A stretch of 63,747 nucleotides of DNA, filler included, from Octopus bimaculoides (lineage: Eukaryota): the NCBI RefSeq assembly GCF_001194135.2. It is 8 parts of 8 records of this genome, joined end to end, with 100 filler letters (N's around TTAATTAATTAA, not from the genome) between each part and the next. Parts side by side here need not be neighbours in the genome. Positions count along the whole stretch, not along the records: positions 9,457 to 25,254 come from NC_068995.1; positions 25,355 to 35,213 come from NC_068983.1; 6 more parts are not named here. One strand, given 5' to 3'. Position numbers and translations under genes: made by a program. How positions within the stretch are numbered: position 1 is the first letter of the stretch; each line of letters begins with the position of its first letter. The notes below the pieces were generated by a model. That model searched no databases and was not told the DNA's origin. It saw only the letters and a list, made by a program, of their open reading frames with translations. This document shows, in pieces, positions 14,126-27,953 of the stretch.

Positions 14126-15039
14126 CGTCAGTTTGTGAATTAGTTCGAGATGGCGTTGTAGCGCCAAAATATTTGGGGACTCGCAATAAGAGGAAGATCT
14201 TTGACCTTGCCGAAATACTTGCTACAAACTGGACTACAATCGTGCTCGACAATGGCGCCACTGTCGATTCCGTTTGCTTAATCACACCTTTGTGAACATG
14301 AAACTATTGTTATCAGGAATGTTGCACCTGGAAATGTGTTAGATATACTAAAAGCCGATTATTTTATGAAGTAACATATTAAAGAAAGTATTATAACGTA
14401 AAGAGCCAGACAAGAACGTGTTAAGAGGTAAAATGAGCCGCGATATATAAAATACAGTTGGTTAAACAATAGCGTCGAACTGAACCGTTCCTACTTGAAA
14501 GACAACATAGTATTTCATGATGGCAATTATGTTAGTGGCTGTCTATATTTATTGGCAGTAAATTGCGTTCACTTTGGGTTGCAGATCCAAGCCTAACATT
14601 ACAATGACTCAGATATTAAGATTATTTTAATCCGATCTACGTGAGAGCAAGCTACATTTTTTTAGCAACCTTAAATTAACGGAACATGACCTCAGGACAA
14701 TAGAGTAGATAAGAGAGAGAAGACAGGGAGAGAGAATGAGAGTAAAATGCTCCTAGAATGACAGGGATAAGACCTGAGGACAGTAGACGAGACGCAAAAG
14801 AAAGGGAGTGAGAGAGAGAGTGAGAGAGTGAGAGAGCACTTACACTAGAAGTGACAAGAGCAACAACACCAGCAACGTGAAATAATATATCTTTTACGAA
14901 AGGAAAATGAGAAAACTTATTTCAGTTTTTGTTGTTTTTGTTAGAGATAAATTATGAGAGAAAAAAAACCCCAATAATTCTAAAAAAAAACAAAAAAACT
15001 AAGAATATAAAATTCTTTTCACCTGATAATTACCTGAGT

Positions 15040-16150
15040 ATTTACTTGATAGTGGTGGTGGTGGTGCAAAAGGTGGGAGATGTGATGATGGAAGTAGTGT
15101 TAGTAGCATTAAAAGGAGTGAAGTAATTTGGTGGGAAATAAGTGAAGGAATGACAGCCATTTAGTGACATCACAAGTTTGGTGGAGATATAAATTATAGG
15201 GTCTCTTGAGGAGGCGCTGGTGGTGGTGTTTGTGGTGCGGTTGGTTATGGTGGTGTTGGTGATGGCGATAGAGAAGGCGGTGTTGTCGAAGGTAGCGTAG
15301 TTGATGTAGATGGGGACACTAGTGGCGGTGGTGGAGTGGTTGGTGATAGTAATGGTATTGTTGTTGGTGGTGAGGAGGATGGTGTGGCTAGTGTTGATGG
15401 TAGTGGTGCTAGTGGTGATGGTGTTGTTGTTGGTAGTGGTGGTGGTGTTGTAGTGGCAGCGTTAGTAGTGGTGGTGATAGTGGCGGCGTTAGCAGTGGTG
15501 GCGCTGGTGGTTATGGTGTTGGTGGTGGTAGTGTTGGTAGTAGTAGTGGTAGCGGTAGCAGTGGTGTTAGTAGTGGCGAAGTTGGTAGTGGTGGTGCTGG
15601 TAGTTATGGTTTTGGTGGTGGTAATGCTGGTAGTAGTGGTGGTGTCAGTAGTGTTGGTAGTGGAGGTGAGGTTCTTGTTGGTGGTGGTAATGATGATGGT
15701 AGTGATGTTGGTTTTGGTAGTGGTGTGGCTTGGTAGTAGTAGTAGGGCTTTTGGTAGTAGTAGTGTTGGTAGCGGTGGTGGTGTTGGTGGTGGTGGAGGT
15801 ATTGGTAGCAGTGCTGTTGGTGATGGAATGATGATAATGATGTTTTGGTGGGTGTCGGTAGTGAGGATTGGTGCCATAAAGCAATGGTGGTCTTGTTGGT
15901 AACCCTAACGGTGGTGGCATTGCGAGTGTGCGAGTATAGGTGCTAGTATAAGTGGTGGTTCAGTCGACGTTGATATTGGTAATGCTGTAGTTGGTACAGA
16001 TGAAGAAGGTGACCGTGTCGATGGTGTTGTTGGCAGTGCCGTTGCTATAGGTAATGCCAATGCTGTTTGAGGCGATAATATTGTCATTGTTGTTGGTGAA
16101 GATGATGGAGATCATAATTATGTTGACGCTAGCGATGATGATGATAATAA
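15040..16150. repeat. Degenerate (GGT/AGT/GTT)n low-complexity tract
   Basis: Read directly; it explains the poly-V and poly-T ORFs. A complementary-type (ACC/AAC)-rich tract lies at ~4280-5430. Confidence 0.88.
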
Positions 16151-16373
16151 TTTTTGCGCGTTTGCATCTCATTCTAAAGATTTGGGTCAATGCTATTTGG
16201 TAATCCCACTCAAAGACATTCTGTCAAAAGTGAAGTTATAATTACACAGGCAACCATACTTCTCGCATATCGTTCTCATATCATCGACCATTGCTATCTC
16301 TATATTTTGTTTTTGTATTTGTTCTTTTCGGAAAATGAGTTTAAAGGACACCATTTGATTGTGTCCTTTTCGT

Positions 16374-16421
<48 letters not shown>

Positions 16422-16477
16422 CCCTAACCATTTGTACTGTCCCCCTCATCCTGCGCCCTGGTGCCAAATAAAAGAAA

Positions 16478-16521
<44 letters not shown>

Positions 16522-16693
16522 GATGGTTTTTAATGCCTTCTGGGTGTGGTATAATAGGGATGCTAGCTAGATATTTGTTGTTCTTGTTGATGTCATTACA
16601 TTGGTGACAAATGGAATTTTTCTTTTACCCCTACAATAATGTCAAAATGAATAACCTTTTAGTACATAGAACTTACACACACACACATACACA

Positions 16694-16783
<90 letters not shown>

Positions 16784-18277
16784 TAAAACAGGAAACAAAA
16801 AAACATAAAATAGGCCAACAACAACATTAACAAGTATGATAGAAAACAAATATCCAACTTGCACAAAGACTTGGTACAGAAATGCCAAACTTAGAACCTA
16901 GTCTTAGTAATTTCTCCTGACAGATGTTGGGAATTGTTCGCCATGTCAGTAACTGCCATTTGAACAAAAGTAAACAATATGGCAAAGAAATGGTTGTAAA
17001 AGACAAAGCATAATAAATATATAGACATAAAAAAAAAGAGTAAATCAAATCGAACAAGAGATAAACGACATCGGATGACGATATTGATGAGCAGGCAGAA
17101 ACGTTAGCACGCCGGGCTAGATGCTTAGCGGTATTTCGTCTGCTTTTACGTTCCGAGTTCAAATTCCGCCGAGGTCGACTTTGCGACCGATTCACTGACA
17201 AAATTCAGTGAACAGGTCTCGGTCTCAAAGCGACGAAAATATTTTGGCAAATTAAATTTAAATGTTGAGGTAAATCTAACGGTTTTTCTGTGTTTTTAAA
17301 TGGCTTATAAACACCTTCCACGCTGAAATTCTTTTTGTTTCAGCTCACAATCTCAGATCAGGTCACATGCTATGCAAGTACACCCCCGTTATACATACAT
17401 ACATACATACATANNNNNNNNNNATATATATGAGGAAGACCTGTGTTCCAACCAGTAGATGCTCAGAAAATTGGATAAGGAATCAGTACGATGTGAAACG
17501 ATCAACGTTTCAATAGTTGTCATCATACAACTTACTTCATCATAGCTATCAGAAGAGAAAGAATTACTGACTTTCACAATCTCCCTGATTGATCAAATTT
17601 CTATTTTTAACACTCCTCTTCTTTCAGAAACCATTCTCCCACACTGAGAGACTCAGTACCGATTCAACCATTTTTTACATTTCAATTTTACAAACGACAT
17701 TGGATGAAGACAACAACGCTGTTGTTTTCACTAATAAAGTTAATTTAAAAGAAACAAAAGTCATTTACAATATATCTTTTCTTCCATGTGTATTTTGTAA
17801 CAAGAAACCAGAAAGGTTGTTTTTTTAATTTTGTTTGTTGACTGCTTTTTTTTTATTTACAGCTATGGAGGGGGATTTTGTTGTTGTTGCTGCGCTGTGT
17901 ACAAATCTCCGATGAGAAACAGAAAATGTCAAAAAACTGACCTGACTTTCTCTTATCTATTGGTGATTATCTTGAGAACACAGCAAAAGAATAATAATAG
18001 TAATTGTTTAAAATTTTTGACACAAGGCAAACAATTTCAAAGCGAGGGTCGTCGATTACATCGACCCAAGTAATGGACTGGTATTTTATATTGACCTCCA
18101 GAGAGATGAAACACAAATGTTGACCACAATGAGATTTGAACTCAGAATGCAAAGAGCCGGAACAGATGCCGCAGGGAATTTTTTTCGACACGCTAACGAT
18201 TTTTCTTCAATATCGTCTGAGTTATAAAAAAACAATACAAGAAAAAATACGTAATAATATATATATATATATATATT

Positions 18278-18318
<41 letters not shown>

Positions 18319-18890
18319 ACGTACGTTTATATGTATGTATATAGGCATATATATGTGTATATATGTCTGATTTATGTCTCCCTCACGTACATATCTATGT
18401 GTGTGCATGTGTGTACACACACACACATACAGAAACAGAACTAACTAAACCATATAGATATTTAAAACTCTTCAAGTAGAACAGTTTATGTCTTGTTACT
18501 ATTGTTAGAAATTGGACGTTGTGTTGGTTGATCGCTAAAATGTTGCCTTCTGGGAAATCTTCAAAGAATACAAACGTTATGCAAACTTTACTGTTTGAAC
18601 ATTTATTAACGCCGCATCAAAAGGACCCTGATTAAAAGCCGCGCCAGGTTCTTAATGCCGCTTGAGCACAAACATGATGTTATGCTAGTAGTTTGCATAG
18701 ATGTGTAGGCATACGCAGACAACTATGTACAGAGACATACACATTTATATAGATTTATATGCCTCTGCACACATATACATATATATGCCTATGCACGCAT
18801 ATACATGTATATATATACGTATATGTGTGTGCATAAATACACATATACATGTTCATATATACACATACACATAGATGCACACATACACAC

Positions 18891-18955
<65 letters not shown>

Positions 18956-19183
18956 NNNNNNNNNNNNNNNNNNNNNNNNNNNNNNNNNNNNNNNNNNNNN
19001 NNNNNNNNNNNNNNNNNNNNNNNNNNNNNNNNNNNNNNNNNNNNNNNNNNNNNNNNNNNNNNNNNNNNNNNNNNNNNNNNNNNNNNNNNNNNNGTGAATT
19101 ACGAACTCAGTTTAAACCGACTCTCGTGTACTTTTTTCTATATATTTATACATACATAGTTTATACACACACACATAATATAC

Positions 19184-19220
<37 letters not shown>

Positions 19221-19637
19221 CATGTATTTGTGGTGTACTATATACGCGAAACTAAGAGAGAGAGGGGTACGAGAAAGCGAGAGAGAGAGAGAGAAATAGA
19301 GAGACGGAGAAAGAGGACCTAATACGCAGCGTTTATGGTGTAAACTATTTTAATGTGTCTATTGGGAAGCGTAGTGGCTCACTGTCATTGCTAGTCTTCT
19401 CCCGGGCAGGGATCCTAGGAACCATAGATACGTAGCCGTACATACATATTTCTGCATTCAAAAGAACTAGACCCGTAAATAGAATCACCACACACACACA
19501 CGCACACTTAGACTCTAATAATGGCTACATATACACAGACCTACACCAATAAATAAATATTTCCTTTGCTACAATAAATTCAATGAGAAAAGCAGTGTGA
19601 AGCAAATGCAAATTTACTGCTTCAGCGAACTACTAAC

Positions 19638-19699
19638 CTGTTGATGGATATGTCTTCATTGTGTTGCACAACAGTGTAGAGATGAAGTACAGAAGATGG
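19638..19699 (-). CDS. Speculative exon (HLLYFISTLLCNTMKTYPST)
   Basis: Good donor CAG|gttagt, weak acceptor aatatttag|. 62 nt, phase 2 to 1. Confidence 0.25.
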
Positions 19700-19716
19700 C
19701 TAAATATTTCATCTCG

Positions 19717-19763
<47 letters not shown>

Positions 19764-20195
19764 GGGTTTATTGTGAAGTGAAGGGTTATGAAGTGTAGAA
19801 AAATACGTTACTTTATATCAGACATTATTTACTGCAGAACTCAATGCATCGAATTGAGTGAATAGACATGTATAATATGTAATAAACATTAAATAATCAT
19901 ACTTCTCTATTCTAGCCATGTTGTTGAGTTCTATTTAAGGAGCCGGGGTGACCACGTACAAGAGAAAAATTGATACACAAACGCTATTATTGCTTAAAAA
20001 GGACTTAGACCTACTTATAACGATCTACATGCAGTGAATTGGATGCGTTTAACGAAATATTGATGTCCTGAATATGCAGACAAGCGCTATATAAAACATT
20101 TATACAAATGTAGAAGAGCAGTTATTTGGGTCTAGGCTAATGCTTATATATATAAATATAATTTGATTCTTTCATTTAAGTTCGGTTAGGAAGCT

Positions 20196-20226
<31 letters not shown>

Positions 20227-20244
20227 TTATATATATATATATAT

Positions 20245-20590
20245 GTAGGCATACACACAGAATGTCAAAGATCCCACCCTTACAATCAAAATACTGAACA
20301 GATACTCCAACGACTTGGGATTCAAAGGGTCACAGCTCTTCAATATCCTTCCAAAAGACCCGAGAGGCCCACATGGAGTAAATGTAGATGTCTTGAAAAC
20401 AAAACTGGATCCCTGATACTACGTGTCCCTGATGAACCACCTTCAGCACAAGAAACGCAAATAAGGGTAGCAACATCAAACTCTCTCAGTCACCAGATAC
20501 TAACTATAAAAAGTGGTTAAATAAAAATGTAGCAAAACCAATGGCGGTGCCTTAGCATGGTCTAGAACTAAAACGGTTAAAAAATTAAAA
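20245..20590 (+). mobile_element. CR1/L2-like LINE 3' end
   Basis: RYSNDLGFKGSQLFNILPKD...GVNVDVLKTKLD...VPDEP...SNSLSHQ (with frameshifts) is a typical CR1-type ORF2 end. It is followed by a ggcggtgcc..agcatgg tail shared with the SINEs. Confidence 0.75.
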
Positions 20591-21002
20591 TATCGCAACT
20601 AATATAATGCTTACTTAGATCAGAGATTTTCAATAAATATAGTCACATCAAAAAATTCTAGTATCATTTAAAAAAACAAAACAAAACACAAATGTGACTA
20701 CCACGTTACCTAGATCTGCTACGCATGGATGAAGACACACATCCTTTCGTCTGTTTTACGTTCTGAGTTCAAATTCCACCGAGGTCGACTTTGCCTTTCA
20801 TCCTTTCGGGGTCGATAAATTAAGTACCAGTTGCATACTGGGTTGATCTAATTGACAGGCCCCCTCCCCAAAAATATCGGGCCTTGTCCCTAGAGTGCAA
20901 AAGATTATTAAGCTAAAGAATCTGAAGAATTTTCAAAAATTGACATATTTAGATACTTAATCTAATGCAATTAATCGGTTAATCGGCTTCACACAAATAT
21001 AC

Positions 21003-21051
<49 letters not shown>

Positions 21052-21056
21052 TGTGT

Positions 21057-21145
<89 letters not shown>

Positions 21146-22690
21146 TCGAAGATGACATTTGTAAAACGTATTAGGACCCGGCACGGCCTTCTAATGGTTG
21201 CTACAAGCGAAACTTTTCGCATGGATCTTACACTTCAAATCATGGGAGATTACACTGCAGTAACAATATATATATATATAAATAGAAATATGGAGCAAAA
21301 CCTAATCATCCTAATTAGACTGTAAGAACTAATATTTTTCTCCCTTAGGCACAAGGCCCGAAATTGTGGGGGAGGGGCCAGTCGATTAGATCGACCCCAG
21401 TGCGCAACTGGTACTTAATTTATCGACCCCCAAAAAGGATGAACGGCAAAGTCAGCAGAATTTGAACTCAGAACGTAAAGACAGACACAAACGACTGACC
21501 ATACAGAGACAGAGGACTGACCGTACCTAATAATATAAATGGAAACGGCAGAGACAATTTCAGAAACCGCATTAAGGTTTTCAGTGTAGATTTCACTGTA
21601 AGCACAAGCGTAAAGTAGTAGATTTTTACATTATGACACATCTCAGTCCAGGCAGATATATTGAAAATCAAACGAACAAATGATATACTTCAATTTGGGC
21701 TGAAATCCTATGCTAACAATTATAAAACTTATCGTGAGGTATACTGGTTAATATCATGTACATAATGAAATCCGGAAATACATAAAACTGCCTCTGCCTT
21801 GACAACAATGTTTCCAATAGCAAAGTGAAACACAACCCATATTAAATAAAACAAACAGGAAGATATTATAATGCGATATATCCATATGATGTATTTAGTT
21901 GTTGAAACATAATTACTTCGTGACTCTGAAATGTAAACAGTTCTTTTAACAGAAGACAACAAAATATTTAATATTAAGTCTATGAAATTCAGCTAGCGTT
22001 GTTTGCATCACATCGGCTCTGTAAATCTTACCGATTTCCTAAATTCCTCAAGCATTACAAACCTGATGCTACTATAGATATACAATAAAATACTTTCTTA
22101 AGAGAAATAACTGTTGAACTACGACTATGACGCTATAGAGAAGTGGTAATTTCGGAACGATCACACACACACACACACACACATTATATATATAAGACCA
22201 TCAGAACCTGATATATTCAGCATATCCACTTATTGAATTACTGTAGCGGAAATAATACAGCGAAAGCAGACGAAATAAACAGCCCCAAATACACACAAAA
22301 TGAAATATCACCGAGAAATGAATAAGTATTACAGATTTTGTAGCCAGCGCAATTTATGCATAGCTCAAAATTCAAAAGACAAATGATATCCGCTATCATC
22401 CTGTATTGGAGAAAAGCAACATTTTCTGCTTATTACATAGGAAAAAATACAAACTAGAAATACAGCTATATTAGTTACATTTGAATTAGAGAGAGAATAA
22501 AACTGAAAATAAAATAGAATTTAATATTTCTTAAAAAGTAAAAAAAAAAGGCAGCTATTTCAGCTTTGAGGTCAAAGAAAACGTCTATAAGTGATTTCGA
22601 CTGATAAATAACAATACTATGTACGCGCTATGTATTATCTCCCGCAACATGAAGCTCTCCCATAAAATTTTTGGAAAGGAATCAAGTGAC

Positions 22691-22790
22691 CTGGGATAAC
22701 CAATGAATGCGAAAATTGTGGCGCCGTCTTCGATATTTTTAGATTTTCCAAAATAGAATATTCTTCGTTGGCAGTCGAAACATGAATAAA
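22691..22790 (-). CDS. Speculative exon of an unidentified gene (YSCFDCQRRIFYFGKSKNIEDGATIFAFIGYP)
   Basis: Acceptor tttctacttccag| and weak donor CAG|gtcact. 100 nt, phase 1 to 2. No homology recognised. Confidence 0.3.
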
Positions 22791-23295
22791 CTGGAAGTAG
22801 AAATGACGACGGGGATGTCACCAAACGAGTACAGGAAATAATTGTACTCCACAACGTGTGACGAGTACTTTGTTATTCATGAAGAGAAAGAAAGAGCGTG
22901 CATGCATACACACACACACACACACACACATATATAAGAGGTCAAGGAAATGAAAATTGATATCATCAATTGAGGAGAGGAAATATGAAATGGTAATATA
23001 AAATAGTTACAACATTCCTGCACTGATATCATGTCCTGGCATTGCTTTTATAGATTTATCTCTCTTTCATTCTCTCTCTTTCCCTCTATTTCTCTCTCTC
23101 CCTCTCTCTCTCTCTTTATTTGGCATATTAAAAAGATTAAAATTTAGTCATCTGCATTTGCATTTACTTAAGCAAAATGTCAAAAGAGCAACAATCGGTC
23201 GATATGTCTGGAGCCTTTCATTGCAGAGAAATCATTAAAATTTATAACATGTTATAATAACTTGTAACCTTCCAGCTTTCCACAAACCCAATACA

Positions 23296-23347
<52 letters not shown>

Positions 23348-25215
23348 NNNNNNNNNNNNNNNNNNNNNNNNNNNNNNNNNNNNNNNNNNNNNNNNNNNNN
23401 NNNNNNNNNNNNNNNNNNNNNNNNNNNNNNNNNNNNNNNNNNNNNNNNNNNNNNNNNNNNNNNNNNNNNNNNNNNNNNNNNNNNNNNNNNNNNNNNNNNN
23501 NNNNNNNNNNNNNNNNNNNNNNNNNNNNNNNNNNNNNNNNNNNNNNNNNNNNNNNNNNNNNNNNNNNNNNNNNNNNNNNNNNNNNNNNNNNNNNNNNNNN
23601 NNNNNNNNNNNNNNNNNNNNNNNNNNNNNNNNNNNNNNNNNNNNNNNNNNNNNNNNNNNNNNNNNNNNNNNNNNNNNNNNNNNNNNNNNNNNNNNNNNNN
23701 NNNNNNNNNNNNNNNNNNNNNNNNNNNNNNNNNNNNNNNNNNNNNNNNNNNNNNNNNNNNNNNNNNNNNNNNNNNNNNNNNNNNNNNNNNNNNNNNNNNN
23801 NNNNNNNNNNNNNNNNNNNNNNNNNNNNNNNNNNNNNNNNNNNNNNNNNNNNNNNNNNNNNNNNNNNNNNNNNNNNNNNNNNNNNNNNNNNNNNNNNNNN
23901 NNNNNNNNNNNNNNNNNNNNNNNNNNNNNNNNNNNNNNNNNNNNNNNNNNNNNNNNNNNNNNNNNNNNNNNNNNNNNNNNNNNNNNNNNNNNNNNNNNNN
24001 NNNNNNNNNNNNNNNNNNNNNNNNNNNNNNNNNNNNNNNNNNNNNNNNNNNNNNNNNNNNNNNNNNNNNNNNNNNNNNNNNNNNNNNNNNNNNNNNNNNN
24101 NNNNNNNNNNNNNNNNNNNNNNNNNNNNNNNNNNNNNNNNNNNNNNNNNNNNNNNNNNNNNNNNNNNNNNNNNNNNNNNNNTATATATATATATACACAC
24201 ACATGCATCCACATTCTTATAAAGGAATGTACCTACTAACAAGCATATACAACACATCCATGCACATACAAATACGTTTATATCGATACAGAGACAAACT
24301 TAATATGCAGATATGTATGGCAAGATTTCTAAAGAATTGTCGTCCTGCCGTTGGTGTAGCGAGGGGGATGAGAGTGAGAGAGGTTGTAGAGGTGGGGGCT
24401 CGTTCTTTATTTTGGTCGGTTTCCGTTATCTTATTTCTGCTGGTTTCTTCTTGTGAAACTGATGGCAATTTAACAACACACTCCATGTACATTGATGAAC
24501 GTTCTTTCAACACTTAGCACCGTACCCTCTCTCTTCACTCTGATTTCTTCTATTTCCTCTCTTTCTCTATCTTTGTATATATATATATCAATCTATAAAC
24601 ATGTTCACAAACAACATATATGTATCAATCAATAAACATATGTTAACAAACAATATGTATATATGTACACATTGTCATACGCATATACACTGGCTTGTGT
24701 ATATGTGTATGTACATTTATGGGTGTATCTTGCTGTTAGTCAAGCATTTACATGTTTTTTTTATCTCTTGGTGAATGATCAGTTTATACACATGTTGTGT
24801 AATTATATGTGTGTGTATATATCGTCTTTATATGTGTTAGTCATGTGTTTGTAGGATATGCTTTACAATGAAGCTGTAATAACAACAACAACAACAACAA
24901 CGTAAGCAAACAACCTTTCTTATGATATTCCGAAAATTACTTCAATCTCCGTTTGATGCTCCATATAACTTAAACAGCCACACGTATACGCACGTATTTA
25001 CTCGTATATATATATACATACACGCACATACATATATACACACACATAGATATATACGTCTTTACAATGTGTATGTACCGTGAAGTACGAACGCACATAC
25101 GTTTACACACACCCACACACTCATGTATCCACATATGCATCAAAAACAATTATTTATATACACGAAGATGTATGTGTACATACTCACACACATACAACTG
25201 CCAGAATATGTACAC

Positions 25216-25254
<39 letters not shown>

Positions 25255-25949
25255 NNNNNNNNNNNNNNNNNNNNNNNNNNNNNNNNNNNNNNNNNNNNTT
25301 AATTAATTAANNNNNNNNNNNNNNNNNNNNNNNNNNNNNNNNNNNNNNNNNNNNTATATATATTCCAAATTGTACTTATTCCATTTTCTGTTATATTCTA
25401 ATATACACACGCACATGTATATGTAGACACACACACACGTGCGCGCGCAGACATACATACACACATGTACTTACATATATACGCATACATTCTCACAGTC
25501 ATACACTTACATTCAGATATGTGCTTACGTATAACATATATAATATATAAAAACATAGAGGTAGACGTACGTACGTTCACAGGTATATATATATATATAT
25601 ATATATAGATATATATATATATACACATACATACACACATACACGGAAACACACTTACATATACCCACAAACAGTACATAACATAAACGTTTATACCTTT
25701 GTCATCTACACTGACAGATACTCCTAAATCAGTTGCTTAGTATCCCACCTGTGAGGGATTCGATGGTAGATGGATTGAAACAATTGTAGTGATCAATGAA
25801 CTTTTTTGTGTCTTCCATCTTCCATGTCTCTCATTAATCATACATATGCGAGCGCGTACAAATCAGCACTTATACATACATATACATACACGCAAACATA
25901 CATATATATATACAGCCATATACCTGTCTGTGTGTATATGTGTGTGTGT

Positions 25950-25990
<41 letters not shown>

Positions 25991-26885
25991 TGTGTGTAGA
26001 GTTAAGATCTATGGATCAAGATGTAGGAAGTTAGTAAGCTTCGAGCAGACCGTAAAAGGTATAAAAAAGACCCAACTTTCAGGAACAATAGCGGTTTATT
26101 GACGGTTGTAAATTTTTCCCATATCGAAGTTCGATAAGCTGAGAAAAGGTTGGTTAGCAACTATGATTACTATGTATACAAAGATGCCTGACTAATATAT
26201 ATATNNNNNNNNNNNNNNNNNNNNNNNNNNNNNNNNNNNNNNNNNNNNNNNNNNNNNNNNNNNNNNNNNNNNNNNNNNNNNNNNNNNNNNNNNNNNNNNN
26301 NNNNNNNNNNNNNNNNNNNNNNNNNNNNNNNNNNNNNNNNNNNNNNNNNNNNNNNNNNNNNNNNNNNNNNNNNNNNNNNNNNNNNNNNNNNNNNNNNNNN
26401 NNNNNNNNNNNNNNNNNNNNNNNNNNNNNNNNNNNNNNNNNNNNNNNNNNNNNNNNNNNNNNNNNNNNNNNNNNNNNNNNNNNNNNNNNNNNNNNNNNNN
26501 NNNNNNNNNNNNNNNNNNNNNNNNNNNNNNNNNNNNNNNNNNNNNNNNNNNNNNNNNNNNNNNNNNNNNNNNNNNNNNNNNNNNNNNNNNNNNNNNNNNN
26601 NNNNNNNNNNNNNNNNNNNNNNNNNNNNNNNNNNNNNNNNNNNNNNNNNNNNNNNNNNNNNNNNNNNNNNNNNNNNNNNNNNNNNNNNNNNNNNNNNNNN
26701 NNNNNNNNNNNNNNNNNNNNNNNNNNNNNNNNNNNNNNNNNNNNNNNNNNNNNNNNNNNNNNNNNNNNNNNNNNNNNNNNNNNNNNNNNNNNNNNNNNNN
26801 NNNNNNNNNNNNNNNNNNNNNNNNNNNNNNNNNNNNNNNNNNNNNNNNNNNNNNNNNNNNNNNNNNNNNNNNNNNNNNNNNNNNN

Positions 26886-26937
<52 letters not shown>

Positions 26938-27852
26938 TATTTCCTCTTAAGTGTTATCTCCCCTACACTTTTCATAATTTTGAATTTTTTTCTTTTCTTC
27001 TCTATTATTCATAACGCTTTTCGATGTATTACTTTTCTATACCGTTTTGTAGATCATTCATAGTTTTTAGCAGCGGATAAAGTAAATACACCCCCACCAT
27101 CTTCATATTTTAATTTTTAATTTTTTTTTAAATTTTTATATTTATTTTATTCACTATCTTTTAGTATATACCTTATCAAATATCCTTCTACAAGTTTAAC
27201 TACACTTACCTTCTATAAAAATAAGACAAATTATATACTTAAAACATTTTTATTATAAAGTTTATAGTTTATATACCACAAACTATTTATTATAGCTATT
27301 AAACATTTTCTTCAAACTAATATCTAAGCCGTATTGATCATTAACAGTTAAATATAAATTTTAGTCCCCAGTATTTAAAATTCCATACTCCCTTATTAGG
27401 TTAGCCTTCTCCCGTTACATACAACCCCACACGGTTTTTTACTTCATAAATCGGAGTTTAAAATTAGCTCCTTTAGACTAATCTATAGAGACAATCTAAC
27501 CCTTATTAATTTTTTTTTTTATATATCAACACTCAACTGAGACCCTTCAGTCTTATTTTACATAGATATGACTCTAAGAAAAATTACACATTACGAACAC
27601 CATATCTATGTAACTCTAACGTCTTTTTAGCTTTTCTCTTTTTTTTTTTTTATTTCCTTAATTTTTGCTACTGACGAAAACTTTTTGACAATCCAGATTC
27701 CTGAAATGAATTTATTGCCTTTCTGTATGAAGCGATCGCATAGCTACATGATAAAGATAATTTCAATCCATATTAGCATCTAATGTCCTCTATTTACGAA
27801 AAATATGATTGAATTTGTTGAACTTTGTTTTATAAGTTAAATCATATACTTA

Positions 27853-27953
<101 letters not shown>

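Noticed and set aside
15245-15902. Mucin-like poly-T/P and poly-V ORFs
   Set aside because: They are translations of degenerate (GGT)n repeats, open on both strands, with no splice or signal context.
20430-20460. CTGATGA...GAAA hammerhead-like words
   Set aside because: They fall in CR1 coding sequence (VPDEP), with no stem II or stem I pairing.
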